Below are positions 12,805 through 25,965 of a stretch of DNA of 64,000 nucleotides, one piece after another (within the stretch, counting starts at the first letter, position 1; each line of letters starts with the position of its first letter). The DNA lies in contig NW_026782091.1 of assembly GCF_031769215.1 (NCBI RefSeq), forward strand, positions 186,001 to 250,000, written 5' to 3'. Source of the DNA: Ylistrum balloti (taxonomy: Eukaryota). The notes beneath the pieces were generated by a model. The model made no database searches. It was not told the DNA's origin and saw only the letters and a program-made list of their open reading frames with translations. A program made the position numbers and the translations under genes.

Positions 12805-14796
12805 AGGATATATGTATTGTCTTTGTGTCTCAGAAGGTGGCATGTATTGTCTACTTGTCCCTTTAGAGGACATGTATTGTCTGTATGTCTCTGTAGAGGA
12901 CCTGTAGAGGACATGTATTGTCTATGTGTCTCTGTAGAGGACATGTATTGTCTATATGTCTCTGAAGAGGACCTGTAGAGAGGACATGTATTGTCTATGT
13001 GTCTCTGTAGAGGACATGTATTGTCTATATGTCTCTGAAGAGGACCTGTAGAGAGGACATGTATTGCCTATGTGTCTCTGTAGAGGACATGTATTGTCTA
13101 TATGTCTCTGTAGAGGACCTGTAGAGAGGACATGTATTGTCTATGTGTCTCTGTAGAGGACATGTGTTGTTTATGTGTCTCTGTAGAGGACATGTATTGT
13201 CTGTGTCTCTGTAGAGGACAACAGGTATTGTCTATGTGTCTCTGTAGAGGACATGTATTGTCTATGTGTCTCTGTAGAGGACATGTGTAGTCTATGTATC
13301 TCTGTAGAGGACATGTATAGTCTATATGTCTCTGTAGAGGACATGTATTGTCTATGTGTCTCTGTAGAGGACATAAATTGTCTATGTGTCTCTGTAGACA
13401 ACATGTGTAGTCTATATGTCTCTGTAGAGGACATGTATAGTCTATATGTCTCTGTAGAGGACCTGTAGAGAGGACATGTATTGTCTATGTGTCTCTGTAG
13501 AGGACATGTGTTGTCTATGTGTCTCTGTAGAGGACATGTATTGTCTGTGTCTCTGTAGAGGACATGTATTGTCTATGTGTCTCTGTAGAGGACATGTATT
13601 GTCTATGTGTCTCTGTAGAGGACATGTGTAGTCTATGTGTCTCTGTAGAGGACATGTATAGTCTATATGTCTCTGTAGAGGACATGTATTGTCTATGTGT
13701 CTCTGTAGAGGACATGTGTTGTCTATGTGTCTCTTTAGAGGACATGTATTGTCTGTGTCTCTGTAGAGGACATGTATTGTCTATGTGTCTCTGTAGAGGA
13801 CATGTATTGTCTATGTGTCTCTGTAGAGGACATGTGTAGTCTATGTATCTCTGTAGAGGACATGTATAGTCTATATGTCTCTGTAGAGGACATGTATTGT
13901 CTATGTGTCTCTGTAGAGGACACAAATTGTCTATGTGTCTCTGTAGAGGACATGTGTAGTCTATATGTCTCTGTAGAGGACATGTATAGTCTATATGTCT
14001 CTGTAGAGGACCTGTAGAGAGGACATGTATTGTCTATGTGTCTCTGTAGAGGACATGTATAGTCTATATGTCTCTGTAGAGGACATGTATTGTCTATGTG
14101 TTTCTGTAGAGGACATGTGTTGTCTATGTGTCTCTTTAGAGGACATGTATTGTCTGTGTCTCTGTAGAGGACATGTATTGTCTATGTGTCTCTGTAGAGG
14201 ACATGTATTGTCTATGTGTCTCTGTAGAGGACATGTGTAGTCTATGTATCTCTGTAGAGGACATGTATAGTCTATATGTCTCTGTAGAGGACATGTATTG
14301 TCTATGTGTCTCTGTAGAGGACACAAATTGTCTATGTGTCTCTGTAGACAACATGTGTAGCCTATATGTCTCTGTAGAGGACATGTATAGTCTATATGTC
14401 TCTGTAGAGGACCTGTAGAGAGGACATGTATTGTCTATGTGTCTCTGTAGAGGACATGTGTTGTCTATGTGTCTCTGTAGAGGACATGTATTGTCTGTGT
14501 CTCTGTAGAGGACATGTATTGTCTATGTGTCTCTGTAGAGGACATGTATTGTCTATGTGTCTCTGTAGAGGACATGTATTGTCTATGTGTCTCTGTAGAG
14601 GACATGTGTAGTCCATGTGTCTCTGTAGAGGACATGTATTGTCTATGTGTCTCTGTAGAGGACCTGTATTGTCTATGTGTTTCTGTAGAGGACATGTATT
14701 GTCTATGTGTCTCTGTAGAGGACATGTGTAGTCTATATGTCTCTGTAGAGGACAACAGGTATTGTTTATGTGTCCATGTAGAGACATGAATTGTCC
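12805..14796. repeat. Minisatellite, 30-bp unit, about 65 copies, with higher-order duplications
   Basis: Unit GGACATGTATTGTCTATGTGTCTCTGTAGA. The marker variant GAGGACCTGTAGAGAGGAC occurs at 12967, 13040, 13113, 13457, 14006 and 14407. Near-identical ORF-track peptides are offset by 401 bp. Confidence 0.97.
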
Positions 14797-15620
14797 ATAT
14801 GTGCTTGAGTCCATGAATTAAATGTTTGAGTCCCAAAAATTACTGGAACATATATTGTCAGTGTACCTTGATGGGAAATAATCTTGTTACATTTGACCTT
14901 TTAAGATTGAAAATCAAAATGAAAGAAGAAACGTTTAATTCGTCAAAAGTGATAATGTGTTAAAACCTTGTTTGACCCTGACTATTGTTTCTTAGTATAA
15001 AAATCCAAGTTGCTTTATCTAATAAGATCAATACATATGAAAGGAAAGTTTTACAGTCACATACAATTATAATTGATAGATTTTGCAGTAAGAAAAGTTT
15101 AATGTGATGTTGTTTTTCAATGTATTGATAAATATAGTTATGTTATGATATTCTTATCTTAAGTAAGAACTTATCATTCATATATGAAAAAAACCATCAT
15201 TATCCATTTAAATCTTAATTGTAGATTGACCGAATTTGATGAGGCCTTAATGGGATTTAAATGACTTAGATTGAATTTGCATACCTTGATAGTTTTTACA
15301 GTATTGTATATCCTGGACAAAAAAGATCGGCTCACTGCCATGTTTATGATTCTAGTCCATGCACTGAAGAACAATTGTTGTGCAACAGGATCTTTACATT
15401 CCTGGGATCACAACTAGATTTCATGGATGATTCAGAAGGGCAAGAATGTAATCGGTGACATATGAAGTGTTTCTTGGAATTGTGACAAGAAAATAAAACC
15501 TGAGCCTATTCTACCAATTGAAACTGGTCTTCCCTAAGCTGTTTTAATTCTTCACTAAATGATGTCATTTCTGCTGCAATTTGACAGTCTTTTTGCATTT
15601 TGGTTGCTGTATTTATTACA

Positions 15621-15795
15621 CAGGGTTTTCCATAATTTTGTTAGTAGTAGGCTGTGTAGTGAAAGTAGGAGGTGGCCTGTGGTGTACGTGTAGTCGTGTA
15701 CGGAACATTATTACGGAACTGGATTGGTGTAGGCGGCCAAATGATCAAAGTAACCGGTCAAATTGGCCGACGACCGGCTCTTATGGAAAACCCTG
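15621..15795. mobile_element. 175-bp MITE with perfect 15-bp TIRs and 6-bp TSD (hAT-like CAGGG termini)
   Basis: CAGGGTTTTCCATAA (15621-15635) and TTATGGAAAACCCTG (15781-15795); ATTACA directly flanks both sides (15615-15620, 15796-15801). Confidence 0.9.
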
Positions 15796-17145
15796 ATTAC
15801 ACTTCTGTATCTGAACGTCACCTCTTTCCAGATTTTAGATTCCTGATAATGATCTCACACCTATATTTCCGTGTTAAAATCAAGTGGACCCTTATACTTG
15901 TTATTAGTATATATTTTTCACTCTTTACACCATGGCTTCATTGGCATGTGTTTTTCCATCAAAAGCTATTCCTCTAAAATGGCAGAGCAGATTTTGACTA
16001 AATTTCCCTTGCCGCGTTGGTGCAGACCATTAAAGTCTAACAGGGCATCGCATTTGTTCATTATCAGAGAAACCTGGCTATACAAGTCTGTATTGGTACC
16101 ACCTTTATCTTTCAGTAACCCCAGGGGCCCAACTAACAAATTCTTACCCAGCAGATGGACTTATAGCAGGAAAATGAAATAGCATTGATTTGTACTCTTT
16201 TGGACAGGAATGTATATGGTTCAACTCATTACCAGGCATGAGGTTATCACCAGATAAGGTTTTACAAGTAATCAAGATATCTAATATTTAACGAATATAT
16301 AAATGTATAGACTTTCAGAAAATGACAATTACAAAAAGATTTGGTAATTTAATTATTTTTAATTCAATGATAATGATAATTTACGAAACTTTCTATACTA
16401 AGCCGTACATTATGAATTAAAAATCACCGCCCCTATAACATTGTATGTCACATGATAAGGGTACCACTTTTAGGGTACTTTTGGGGCTGAAAATGTTAGT
16501 TACTTTGCCCTGACAAGCCGTAACAGGCAAAACTGGTAGGCAAATAATGAAAGTTTCATACCTACTTATTTCATGAAGCAGCTTAATGTTGAGCACACTC
16601 TTTTCTGATGTCCCTGTTATTAGTAACATATTTGAGGGATGTGAATAATTGATATGTGGCTACGTGGATACAGTGAAAATTGGCCTCCAAAGTCACTGGC
16701 ATTGAATATTGAAACAATGTTGAGATAAATTTTGTAGTATCTTGAAATTGTGATTAATTTGAAAATAGAGATTTGCATTTGAGTTCATATTACACTGTAA
16801 TTAGGGGTGGCAGGTTCCTTGATTGGGTTTTGCCTTTTATCATTATTTACTATCAGATAGTCAGGCTTAGAACGATTGCAAATTATTTTTTAGAAAACTC
16901 TGGCCCACAATTGGTTATCACACTAACAAGTTACAAGTATAGAGTTTTAGTAATCTCATGAAATAGCAATATTTATTATTTAAAAAGTCCCATATGTATA
17001 TATGGATGCATGACATTGAAAATGCAAATATGTTAATTAGTCTATGAACATATCCCTAAATTGCTTCATTTGTTTTGCAACATCTTTCATCAGCAGAATT
17101 TTTGTAATACATTCATGTACACGCTTTCATGATACTGATGAATGC

Positions 17146-17196
17146 ACACACATATATATATATATATTATCTAGCAAGTAACATCAACAATATAAC

Positions 17197-17227
<31 letters not shown>
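17146..17227. repeat. Two compound (CA)n(TA)n microsatellites
   Basis: CACACACATATATATATATATAT at about 17146-17168 and CACACACACACACATATATATATATATAT at about 17197-17226. Confidence 0.9.
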
Positions 17228-19524
17228 GTAGATGTTCACTCATGATATAAATGATACCTAGCAACATTTTCATGGGATTTGAAGTCTGACTGATTTTTCA
17301 TGCTCCAAGGTCATGCTGATAGCAGAACAAGTACTTGCGTACTTTGTTGCTGGTGCAGGTGTTGGAAAAATTCCTTTTTACTTTGAAATTTTAGTTTTAT
17401 TTATAAAAAGCATTTCACATGTTCATCAAATGCCATTTGAATTTTAAGTAGATGATATGTTTTTATTTTTCAACAGGTGAAATATTCATGTAAAAATATA
17501 CTGTGGGCCCGTTTGATGGAAGCTGTTTGTATGTGTGACACGATACAACCTTGTATGACATAGAAATTGATGTCAGTCGGTGCAGTGTTACACTTACAAA
17601 TCGTTACATTCCTGATTTTATCCTATATAGGAATATAGTTAACAACTTGTATTCAATCAGTTTGTATAGTACAAAGATTTGTAATTTAGACTATATTTAA
17701 TTTTTGGTAAAAGTAGATGAAATGTGCAGGTGTCATTTACATTCACCCGATTGTCAGCCAGGTCACTCTGCCCTCGACTACCTGGATAGTCATTTAGTGG
17801 GACATGAATGTTTATAAATACATTTCTAAAACAGCAACATTTATCTTGTATCAAAATCAAACTAGTGCTGAAGGTAACAGGTTCTAAACATCAAAAATCA
17901 AAGGAATAATGCAGGCAAAGTGTCTGTGAGCCATTTCTATTAACCAGAAATTACCTACATGGATGTCTACAGTGCCAAGTATGGGTCTGCTTTTAAGTAG
18001 AAACAACTATCCCTCCACTTTAAAAGATTCCACTATGAATATATAGAGGATATTCGTTGTATTTAATGAGTAATAGTTATATTTCATTGAGTAGGGGAGA
18101 AATTTCAACATCAGGAGATGAACTATTTATTAAGAATCAAGGACTATTCTATTGATAAATATTTTTTCTCATCATTCATTAATATCGATTAGAAATTAGT
18201 GCTATGGTTTTTTTTGTATGCTCTGAGATTTATTATCATAGCTCTGCCAGATAACATATAAGTAGTTTAACATCTAGGACTAATTTTTTTAAAATTAATC
18301 TTTATTTGTGACAAGTGAATACAACCATGCATCAGTCAGATTCAGATTGACTGAGATCATGGCAAGAAAAGGACACTGATGCAGTTGTGTTTAGAACCTT
18401 ATATCATTTATCAGGAATAACTACAAAATATGGCATTTTTTTTATTTTTCTTGAATTTTTCATTCATTTATATTTCCACCCATAGATTTTCTGAAGATAG
18501 AGACACTAAAGACTGACCAAATTATAGTTAAATTGGTATGTATAATGACAACAGAGGGCTGGAAAAAGTTTTATGTGGAAAAAACATATCTAATTGTTAG
18601 TGGTGTTCTGATAGGTCAACTTATCAATGTGTTGCGATAGCTTTGCTCTCAATAGCAATAGGTCAACAGCATATTCTCAAATTGTTAATTATCGGTAATA
18701 TGAGTTTACCGACACACCTCTGCAAGGGCTGTATGACATATGCCAGACTTAGTGTCAAAACCAAATAATTATATGATCGTTGAATTTGTTAATCACCTTT
18801 TAAAAATTAAAACAAGTTTAGAAAGTGGAAATTATGCTAAATTTATTGTAAACCTAAGACATGTACAGTCTCGAGTCTAGCTTTGTATGAGTCACACAAC
18901 GATTATCACGGAATAGCGTGTTTATGTATAAAATGAATAACATGGAAACGTAACGGTGTAACGAATATCACTATGTAATGTATTTGATTGGATATAATTG
19001 TAAATATTTTTTTAGCTATAACATTCAGTAAATTGTGCATTTATTTCTGGGATAGAAAACATATGTTAAAGGTGAAAACTATTGTGATATTATCGCAATA
19101 GTAGCTTGACTATCACAAAAATATTGCAGTAGTAATTGTACTATCACGGCTTCAAAAGCAATCGTGATAGTATTTTTGGCCTCAATAGTCCCCTACTTAT
19201 TGTTACACTTGAGCTTGATGTTCTCCTTCTTTGTCTTATATTCTAGGCACCTCTGGTTAGCCAGTTGTAAAAGCTGTGGGACAAACTGGTTCACTGTCAC
19301 TGTAAATGTAATGTTTCAGCTGTGAATCAGAACGAACTTGCAGATATAAATACGAGCCTCGAAAGGCTCATCAGGAAGCAAGTTAAGATCACTAGGTCTT
19401 GTCCTTATTTCATAATAATCAAACCGAAAATAGAAAATGGTCTTTATATGTTAGTTATTTTTCCATTTATTTTAATATACTTCCCTGTGCCTGTCATCTG
19501 AGAAGCCATTGTAATTTGACTTAG

Positions 19525-20448
19525 TTTTTAGCTAAGGGCCAATTGAGTTCATGGCTAATCACAGCTCCGGTTGTTTGTCCATCTGTCTGTCAACTTTTTC
19601 ATACAAATGTTTATTAGCCATAAACTACTCACAGGATTTAGACCAGATTTAGTCAGGAGGATCTCTAGGGAAAGAGGGAACAAATTTTTGTATAAATGGT
19701 GGGTCTCAGCCCCTTAGGACACTGCATGGCTTGGCCCAAATAGGGGAAATTTTAAAGTCCTATTCCTCCTATAGGAATGATTTGATTTTAGTCAAATTTG
19801 GTCAGAAGCATTGTTTGATGAAGGGAAATCCTAAAGCATTGCTGGGCGAAGAAGAATAAATTTTGTATAATTGGTGGGTCTCAGGCCTCTGGGGCGGAAG
19901 GGGCAGGGCCAAATTGAATTGGGAAAAAACAGCAAATTCCTTGAAATCCTACTACTTTATTAGGAATGACTGGATCCCGCCCCAAATTTGCTCAGAAGTA
20001 TTCTTTGGTGAAGAGAAACAAAGTTTATGTAATGGTTGGTTTCATTTCCTCTGTTTCTTAAGTCTGTGTCCAAAAGGGAAATTTTGCAAGTTTTTTTAAA
20101 ATCTTGCTCCTTTAAGAATAAATGGATGTTGCCAAAATTTGGTCAGAAGTATTTTTGGGTGAAGGAATTCTGTATAGTGTGCATGCCAGCCCCCTGGGCA
20201 GAAGGGATAGGGCCAATTGGGGAATGTAAGTTCTTAACAGCCTTTTTTCCATGCAAGGATATTGTCCAAGTTTGGTCTGAAGCAATTTTCCTGAATAGTG
20301 AATCTGACCTCAATTTCACCACAAGGGATGAACCCGATAGGGAAACTATATCAGATATTGATTGTCGTATTTGAAATTCTTTATCAAATCGCTGAATGGT
20401 TTAATTAGCCAGGTGAGCAATCAATGCAGGTCTCTTGGCCCTCTTGTT
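19525..20448 (+). mobile_element. HINE / pearl-like non-autonomous Helentron derivative with about 150-bp internal tandem core units
   Basis: Starts TTTTTAGCT, then a GTCCATCTGTCTGTC microsatellite-like tract. Core motif AAATTTGGTCAGAAG recurs at about 19645, 19795, 19984, 20135 and 20268. Ends CAGGTGAGCAATCAATGCAGGTCTCTTGGCCCTCTTGTT, nearly the same terminus as the copy ending at 41792. Confidence 0.8.
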
Positions 20449-22330
20449 TGAGAATAAATTTTAGCAAAAAGCATTCTGTAAGTGATGGAATGATTGAATA
20501 CAGACCATTGATTGACATAGAAAAAACCCTCCAGTCCTATTTTAGATATGGTAGAAATTTGTTGTCAAGAAGGTTTGGTTTTAAAAGGAAAACTTTATAT
20601 ATAAACTGATGACATTGAAAAGATGTCTTACCAATTTTTTCTGTGCATGATAAACTGAAGAAAATCAATGATATCGAAATGCCTTCCTTCTTTCGTAAAG
20701 GCGTATAAATAAAACCATTGCCTATAAAACCAGACAAATAGAGCAGTGGTTTTCATGATGTGCGACATGTCGCTGTTGGGTGCTGTTTTGGGACTTGCTA
20801 ATGTGCAGCAAACAGCCCCGATATCACTTGAGTTTATTGACCTGGTACATATAGTGAACTCAGGCAGGCCACACCTGGAGAGCGGAGGTCGCAAGCGCAG
20901 ACAATGCATGTGAACATTAACAGGACCTAATGGACTACTGCGTCCTTGAGCACACCAGTTTTGGCACAAGAAAGCATCCAACAAATGTAGAAGACCATAT
21001 ACATCAAACATTAGTTGAGTGATGCTGAAAACTTGTTACATAGCTATTTTTTGATGTCTTCACTCTCTGATTTTTGCAATATTCATCTTATCATTTACAG
21101 TTTTCAAATCTCACAGCCTGTAATACAGTCATTTTAGGATTTGTTGAAAGTTGTTTAAAATCAATATCATTAGTTCAAAGGTACTATAATGTTGTTATGT
21201 CTAATGTGTTATAGGTGTGGCTTTGTTGTTAAAATATACTACATTCAGCATTCTCAATACTTTTTGTTTCTGTTTGTATCATGTATTCTGATCATAACAC
21301 CTTCGACAATGTGATTATAGACAATGTCTGATGCTCTCACTAGTCCATTGTTTAATCAATAAGATATATTTGAAAGGATGAAGAGAATAAATCCCAGACA
21401 CATTTGAAGATCTCCAATCAAGAACTTAGTCTACATATACTTTCTTACTGTTTCATCATTAGAAATAAAAACCAGAAATGATAATTCAATAGTGATATTA
21501 AAGTATTTGGTTAATGCAGGGATTTGTTAAAGTATTTTCTTTCCTCTTTCATCTTTTGAAATTTAATTTCAAGATTTTGATGAAATTTTAATTACCCCCA
21601 GAGGTCGCATAACAGTTTGTGTTATGTAAGATTGTGGCATGCACCGACTTCCAAAGGTCATTGATATCTGTTGTGTTATGGTATGTGACATTTACTAGCC
21701 TCGTTGGGTTGATTTGATTCGGAATAGATTCATGTAATGACATTAAAATAGTAGGAGATGTGGCAATACAGCTTTCTGAAGCTTTCCTTAATGAGTGGGA
21801 AGTAACACAATATTGTAGTGTTGCCACCTTATCTGGTATTTTGCAGATTTCGTCTAGAGTTTTCCCTTGGAGGTGATTTGCTAGAGAAAACTTATTAAAT
21901 TTGGGGGTAAAAGCTGAAAGAGCGGGTAAGTGGTGTCAGAATAGTACTTAATGTCCAGATGCAGGGCCACCATCCTGTCTGCCACCCAGCCGTAGAGCCT
22001 TTCAGTTTGGTCCCAGTCTAACGTTTAGCTGCTCAGACGCTCCACATGAAAAATTGTAGATTTTGCAGAAAATTTTTTGTAGGGTAATCAATATGATGAT
22101 AAAACTATGTCTAGACAGGAAACGTGGTTAAAGATCCACGGGGTCAGTCTTCTCTGGACGTTGGGATGTAGCTAATAGGTCATATATACTCCCATTTTAA
22201 CCGTCTCAGCAAGAGTCCAGACGCACAACACACTAAAGCAAAGTCACCTCGTCAAACCTATGGAGATATACTCTGGGCAAAGGAAAAGCCTACAGAGATC
22301 CTACAAACAGAGAGAATAAAAAACATTGAG
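20449..22330 (-). mobile_element. Decayed L2/CR1-group LINE ORF2 (endonuclease end plus RT), truncated at the HINE
   Basis: On the minus strand, TCT GAC (AC) CAC TTA CCC near 21935 gives the APE terminal SDHLP after removing 2 nt. The linker contains DINDLWKSVHATIL. ACTGGTGTGCTCAAGGA...TTAGGTCCTGTT near 20965-20925 restores to T-G-V-(P)-Q-G..L-G-P-V. An NFYHI*N segment near 20550 resembles L2 post-RT sequence. Track ORFs 21588-21827 and 20628-21011 share one frame. Confidence 0.6.
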
Positions 22331-25300
22331 GGCATGAAATAATTATTTATATACCTATGCAGCCAGATTAATGCATTTCTGTCTGCAATGGCAGTCTAAG
22401 TACATTACGTAACACCTAGGCCAGCTCTATGATGTAATATTTGCTCAATTTGGGGCCATTTTCTGTCCAGACTGTTTTTCATTAAAAAAGGATTTCCACC
22501 CCTAACATTACCACATAAACAAATTCTGAGTGTTCTAACATATAATCAGAGTTAGCCCAGACAGGCTGGACAGATAATAATACACACAATCTGCATTTGT
22601 ACAGGATGACCTTTTGCCTTGTCCAGGCTCTGTTGTTTCCTTGTCCTTCTGTAGCCTATGTGCTTCCTTCTTCCCGGTTCTGTAGTGCTTGAGGCAAGAG
22701 ATGTTTTATCTTATATTGCAACCCATATTGTGTTCATCTGCGTGATTAAATAAGATGATGGCACAAAAATAGAACATGACTTCACTTCCTTTTTTGGAGA
22801 TTTTCTGGTATATAAAAAAATAGATAATTAAGACATTGGTTTATTTTTACAATATAGTGACATATTAGCTTTGTGTGAAAGAAATAATTTAAGTAAGCAT
22901 TAATTTAATCTTTTATTGATATATATACAAGTTTTTATGTAGAATTATCATTACACAGGGATAGTTTTACATCGTTATCAGGGAATTTTTTCTGGACTAG
23001 TCAGAAAAGGTGTAATACTCAGGTCTTACTTCTACCAGGTGCTTAGATAAAAATGTTGTTTGTTTTGCATTGACGACCAACCCAAAAATATACCCCAGAC
23101 TGAAATCATGATTGATTTCATTTTTTTTTTTTTTTTTAATTTTTGTGAATGTTGTTTCCAGAATCTTAACTCTTCAGAATTTTGTCTGCTAAATCATCAA
23201 GGTATTATTATTGTTCTAAGTTTGACACCTGTACCATGTATTCTAACACTAATTAGCCAACCGCTGGAGGCTTGAGGTCGCTACTATCCAGATATGTTTT
23301 GCATCTCATGTGCTTGAAACAACAAAGATGAAACCCATACCTGTAATGTTGTCTTGAACATGTGTTTTACAATATTGTTGGTCACTTTAATCATCATTCA
23401 CTTAGGACAGTAATTACAAAATACAGGTAACATAAATATCCTATAAAATCTCTCCGTAAACATTTTAATTGCTGCATTGGTGATGATGAGAACTTTGTGT
23501 TTCGTGATGAACCTGTTGACTCGTTACGAAAGAAACTCTCTGCCGATTTCAATAAGAATCATTAACTAATCATTTCAGTGTTATAATTTTATTTTCAGAG
23601 TTTTGAAATATGAGAGGATATGTTTGTGCCTTCATATCTCACCATTTCCATGGTCATATTTCCATGCTATATTCTCAGTTTTTTTAAAAACCAAATTCAA
23701 AGGCCTAGAAATTGATCATATTTCTTACAACTAACTTTTTCAGTATAACTAGTTATGAGTTACATTCATCATATTGAAAATGTCAAGTGACTGTAGGTAC
23801 CATTCTGATCCATATTGATAAATTGTTACTGGTATAATACAGTAGGCCTAATGTGTAATGACTGCCCACAATAAATATGAGTTGCTACCACATGCAATTG
23901 GTATCCCTAGTATAAACACTTACTCTCCCACCACTAAAACAAATGAATAACATGATTTGTGAGCTGGACCAAACAAAATGTAAAATTTACAATATGTTTT
24001 TTTACCCTCCAATAAAATCAGGTATTTTCTCTTTCTACCGACCCAAGTTCTCCTAGGTTGGGTCATTCAGTGCTAAACAGAAAATACTTTAAGGAATGTC
24101 TGGGTACGTTTGGTAATATGAGGTTTGTATTTATACTGACACTGTAGTATATATTTACATGTCGATACATGGTTTTCTGATTGTCTGATATCCATTGCAA
24201 ACAACTGACCTAACCAAAATAGAATTCTTTGTCAAAAAAGTATTGGAAAAATTAGCAGATTCTTCAACATGATGCTTGACAAGAAGACAGCATCATTTTG
24301 AATGGGCTGGTAAACAACTGTTTTATGTTGTTCTCTGTTAATACTCTCTTATGAAGCCATCAGCAAATTTGATTTTTAAAGGAAATCTGTAGTAAACACA
24401 GCAAACAGAAAATATTAGACAAACCCTTTTATTCAACCTTCACTTTTGACAGAAAATTGCTGAATTCAATGCAGTAAATAAAAGGCATTGTTGTGATTGG
24501 CCAAAACTGATATTGTTAACATATCAACACTAGAGTGAAAATGATAAGTTTTCATTTTATTGATGATTTCTTTAAGTTTAATGACAAAATTGAAAAAAGG
24601 TACTTTAAACAATTATTTAATTATTGTCAAATAAAATAAAAGTTGAAAAATGATGTGGTTACCAAGAAATTCCCAATATAGATGAATATTTATAGAAATG
24701 TGATGCCTGTGATGACTGTTTTGAAAATGTAAAGTGGTGTGGAATATACCAGGAAATTCTTCGAAAATTTTGTAATGTGTTTATACCATATGTTGTCATG
24801 AAATACCTTATATGTTACACCAGGATGTGTGTTATACATCCTGTTGTGTAGTGCTGGCTTCGAACGGAACCAACAGCTGTTTAGTATTTTTCTCATGCAT
24901 TTGATTTTTTAAGATGGACATTAAGTGATATAATTGATGAACATTAAGGGATGAAATTCAGGAATTTTTATAACATCAAATATATCTAGAATTATACACA
25001 ATTAAATTGTAATATTTTTTAATGTTTGAGGCTTGCATAATTATGTATATGATACTGAATACTTTGTTGGGCTGATATTAACAGATTTTAGATATTAAAC
25101 CAGTTAAGGTGATTATTTTCCTCAAAGTGTTACATCTGTTACATTCTTGTGAAGACAGATGTAGCCTGTAGGCCTATATAGAAAGTTCAGACATTTTGAA
25201 ATTTAATGTCTAACTGTTGAAGAAAAGATTATCCTGATCAGCCATGGGCACATTGTTTTGTAATCAAAAGGTCCAGGGATCCCTTATCCCATATAGTCGA

Positions 25301-25682
25301 GCTATTAATGATTATATTTATTTCATAAGTGTGCAAGTTCTAAACACTTTGATTCCTAAGAACTCTTCTTTATTGGAGGTACACTCCTTCAGGTTGGAAA
25401 TTGATTCAGGAACACCTACATACCTACAGCGTTGTAACATATATCAAATATAGTAACAGTGTACATATTTGTGGATTTGTATCTGTATCTGGAGAGATTC
25501 TCTACTTGGAGGAGGCATGGAAGCCACTAAAATAAGTCTGTAGCAGTATATAGTAAGGGTTCTTTGTTCTTGCTGTAGGGTTTGTAAATTAAGCATCAGT
25601 ATAAATAAAGGCGAGTATTGGTAATGCCCCCTTATCAAGACAAATACGTCCAAGTCTAAAATTGATAAAGTTAACAGTAGCT

Positions 25683-25965
25683 GGGTTTATTGCCCTGTGA
25701 GCAGCCAGCTGTGTCATTTTGAGATGGGGTCTCTTTGTAGTAGCTGGTGGCTAACTCACTCAACAACATGCAGGAGGCCCCTCACATTTTATCCAAAGTA
25801 ATTAGGGCAAAGTGTCTTGCCCAAGGATGCAACCAAAAGAACACAGACCATGTGTTTCTTGGCCTCTTTTGAAACACAAACTGCCCTAAAAAGAGAGCAC
25901 CGAACTACACACACTAGATTCTTACCTGAGGTTGACAAGGCCAGTTTCCTGCCAGCTGAGGTATC
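25683..25965 (-). mobile_element. tRNA-derived SINE with CORE-like segment (same family as 58900-59635 and 60550-60850)
   Basis: Shares CAGCC..GTCATTTTGAG..GGG.CTC.TTGTAGTA.CTGGTG.CT with the other two copies. Contains AAGTGTCTTGCCCAAGGA (CORE-like) and GAAACACAAACTG. Confidence 0.7.

Noticed and set aside
12630-14836. About 20 overlapping ORFs (MSSTETHRQY..., MYCLCVSVED...)
   Set aside because: Translations of the 30-bp satellite in several frames and both strands; no splice or composition support.
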